Below are positions 63,257 to 64,000 of a DNA stretch of 64,000 nucleotides, in pieces. The first letter of the stretch is position 1, and each line of letters starts with the position of its first letter. The stretch is from assembly GCF_963921235.1 (NCBI RefSeq), contig NC_086108.1, positions 24,490,001-24,554,000 on the forward strand, read 5' to 3'. The DNA is from Mobula hypostoma. Lineage: Eukaryota. Both the position numbers and the translations under genes were made by a program. The notes beneath the pieces were generated by a model that was not told the origin of the DNA, did no database searches, and saw only the letters and a program-made list of their open reading frames with translations.

Positions 63257-64000
63257 ACACAACAGGAATTCTGCAGATGCTGGAAATTCAAGCAACACAC
63301 ATCGAAGTTGCTGGTGACGCAGCAGACCAGGCAGCATCTCTAGGAAGAGGTGCAGTCGACGTTTCAGGCCGAGACCCTTCGTCAGGACTAACTGAAGGAA
63401 GAGTGAGTAAGAGATTTGAAAGTTGGAGGGGGAGGGGGAGATCCAATATGATAGGAGAAAACAGGAGGGGGAGGGATGGAGCCAAGAGCTGGACAGGTGA
63501 TTGGCAAAAGGGATACGAGAGGATCATGAGACAGGAGGTCCGGGAAGAAAGACGGGGGGGGGGGGGGAACCCAGAGGATGGCAAGGGGTATATTCAGAGG
63601 GACAGAGGGAGAAAAAGGAGAGTGAGGGAAAGAATGTGTGTATAAAAATAAGTAACAGATGGGGTACGAGGGGGAGGTGGGGCATTAGCGGAAGTTAGAG
63701 AAGTCGATGTTCATGCCACCAGGTTGGAGGCTACCCAGACGGAATATAAGGTGTCGTTCCTCCAACCTGAGTGTGGCTTCATCTTTACAGTAGAGGAGGC
63801 CGTGGATAGACATGTCAGGATGGGAATGAGATGTGGAATTAAAATCTGTGGCCACTGGGAGACCGCTTTGCTGAACATCTACGCTCTGTCCGCCAGAGAA
63901 AGTAGGATCTCCCAGTGGCCACACATTTTAATTCCACATCCCATTCCCATTCTGACATGTCTATCCACGGCCTCCTCTACTGTAAAGATGAAGCCACACT
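63257..64000 (-). mobile_element. Penelope-like 3' end with inverted arm, running off the window
   Basis: ORF 63685..63924 contains PVATDFNS...EATLRLEERHLIFRLGSLQPGGMNIDFSNFR (GIY-YIG C-terminus). From 63861 the same sequence runs in plus orientation. Confidence 0.92.
63353..63390 (-). ncRNA. Minimal type I hammerhead ribozyme, intact core
   Basis: UAGUC-CUGACGA-AGG gucucgg CCU-GAAAC-GUC|GACUG: stem I UAGUC/GACUG, stem II AGG/CCU, palindromic ACGU stem III. Predicted cut between 63358 and 63357. Confidence 0.88.

Overview
Eukaryotic, AT-rich, repeat-dense vertebrate DNA. The mix of CR1, Rex1/Babar, Penelope-like, V-SINE-like, Tc1 and Gypsy elements suggests a cartilaginous fish, probably a ray (inference). 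I found one host coding exon, absent from the ORF track: a 167-nt minus-strand astrotactin exon (most like ASTN1) at 30449-30615. The rest is therefore most likely two large introns full of decayed and nested transposons, and nearly all listed ORFs are transposon debris or spurious. The most interesting layer is the Penelope-like material. It includes an intact minimal type I hammerhead ribozyme on the astrotactin strand (63353-63390), a core-mutant copy (26056-26093), two elements with inverted 3' arms, and several 120-200 bp fold-back elements built from the ribozyme-bearing terminus. There are also deep transposon nests, at least three solo LTRs with target-site duplications (TSDs), and a deleted Gypsy element carrying host flank sequence inside its 3' boundary. 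Repeat boundaries are approximate unless termini or TSDs are quoted. Family calls come from motif recognition, not database searches.
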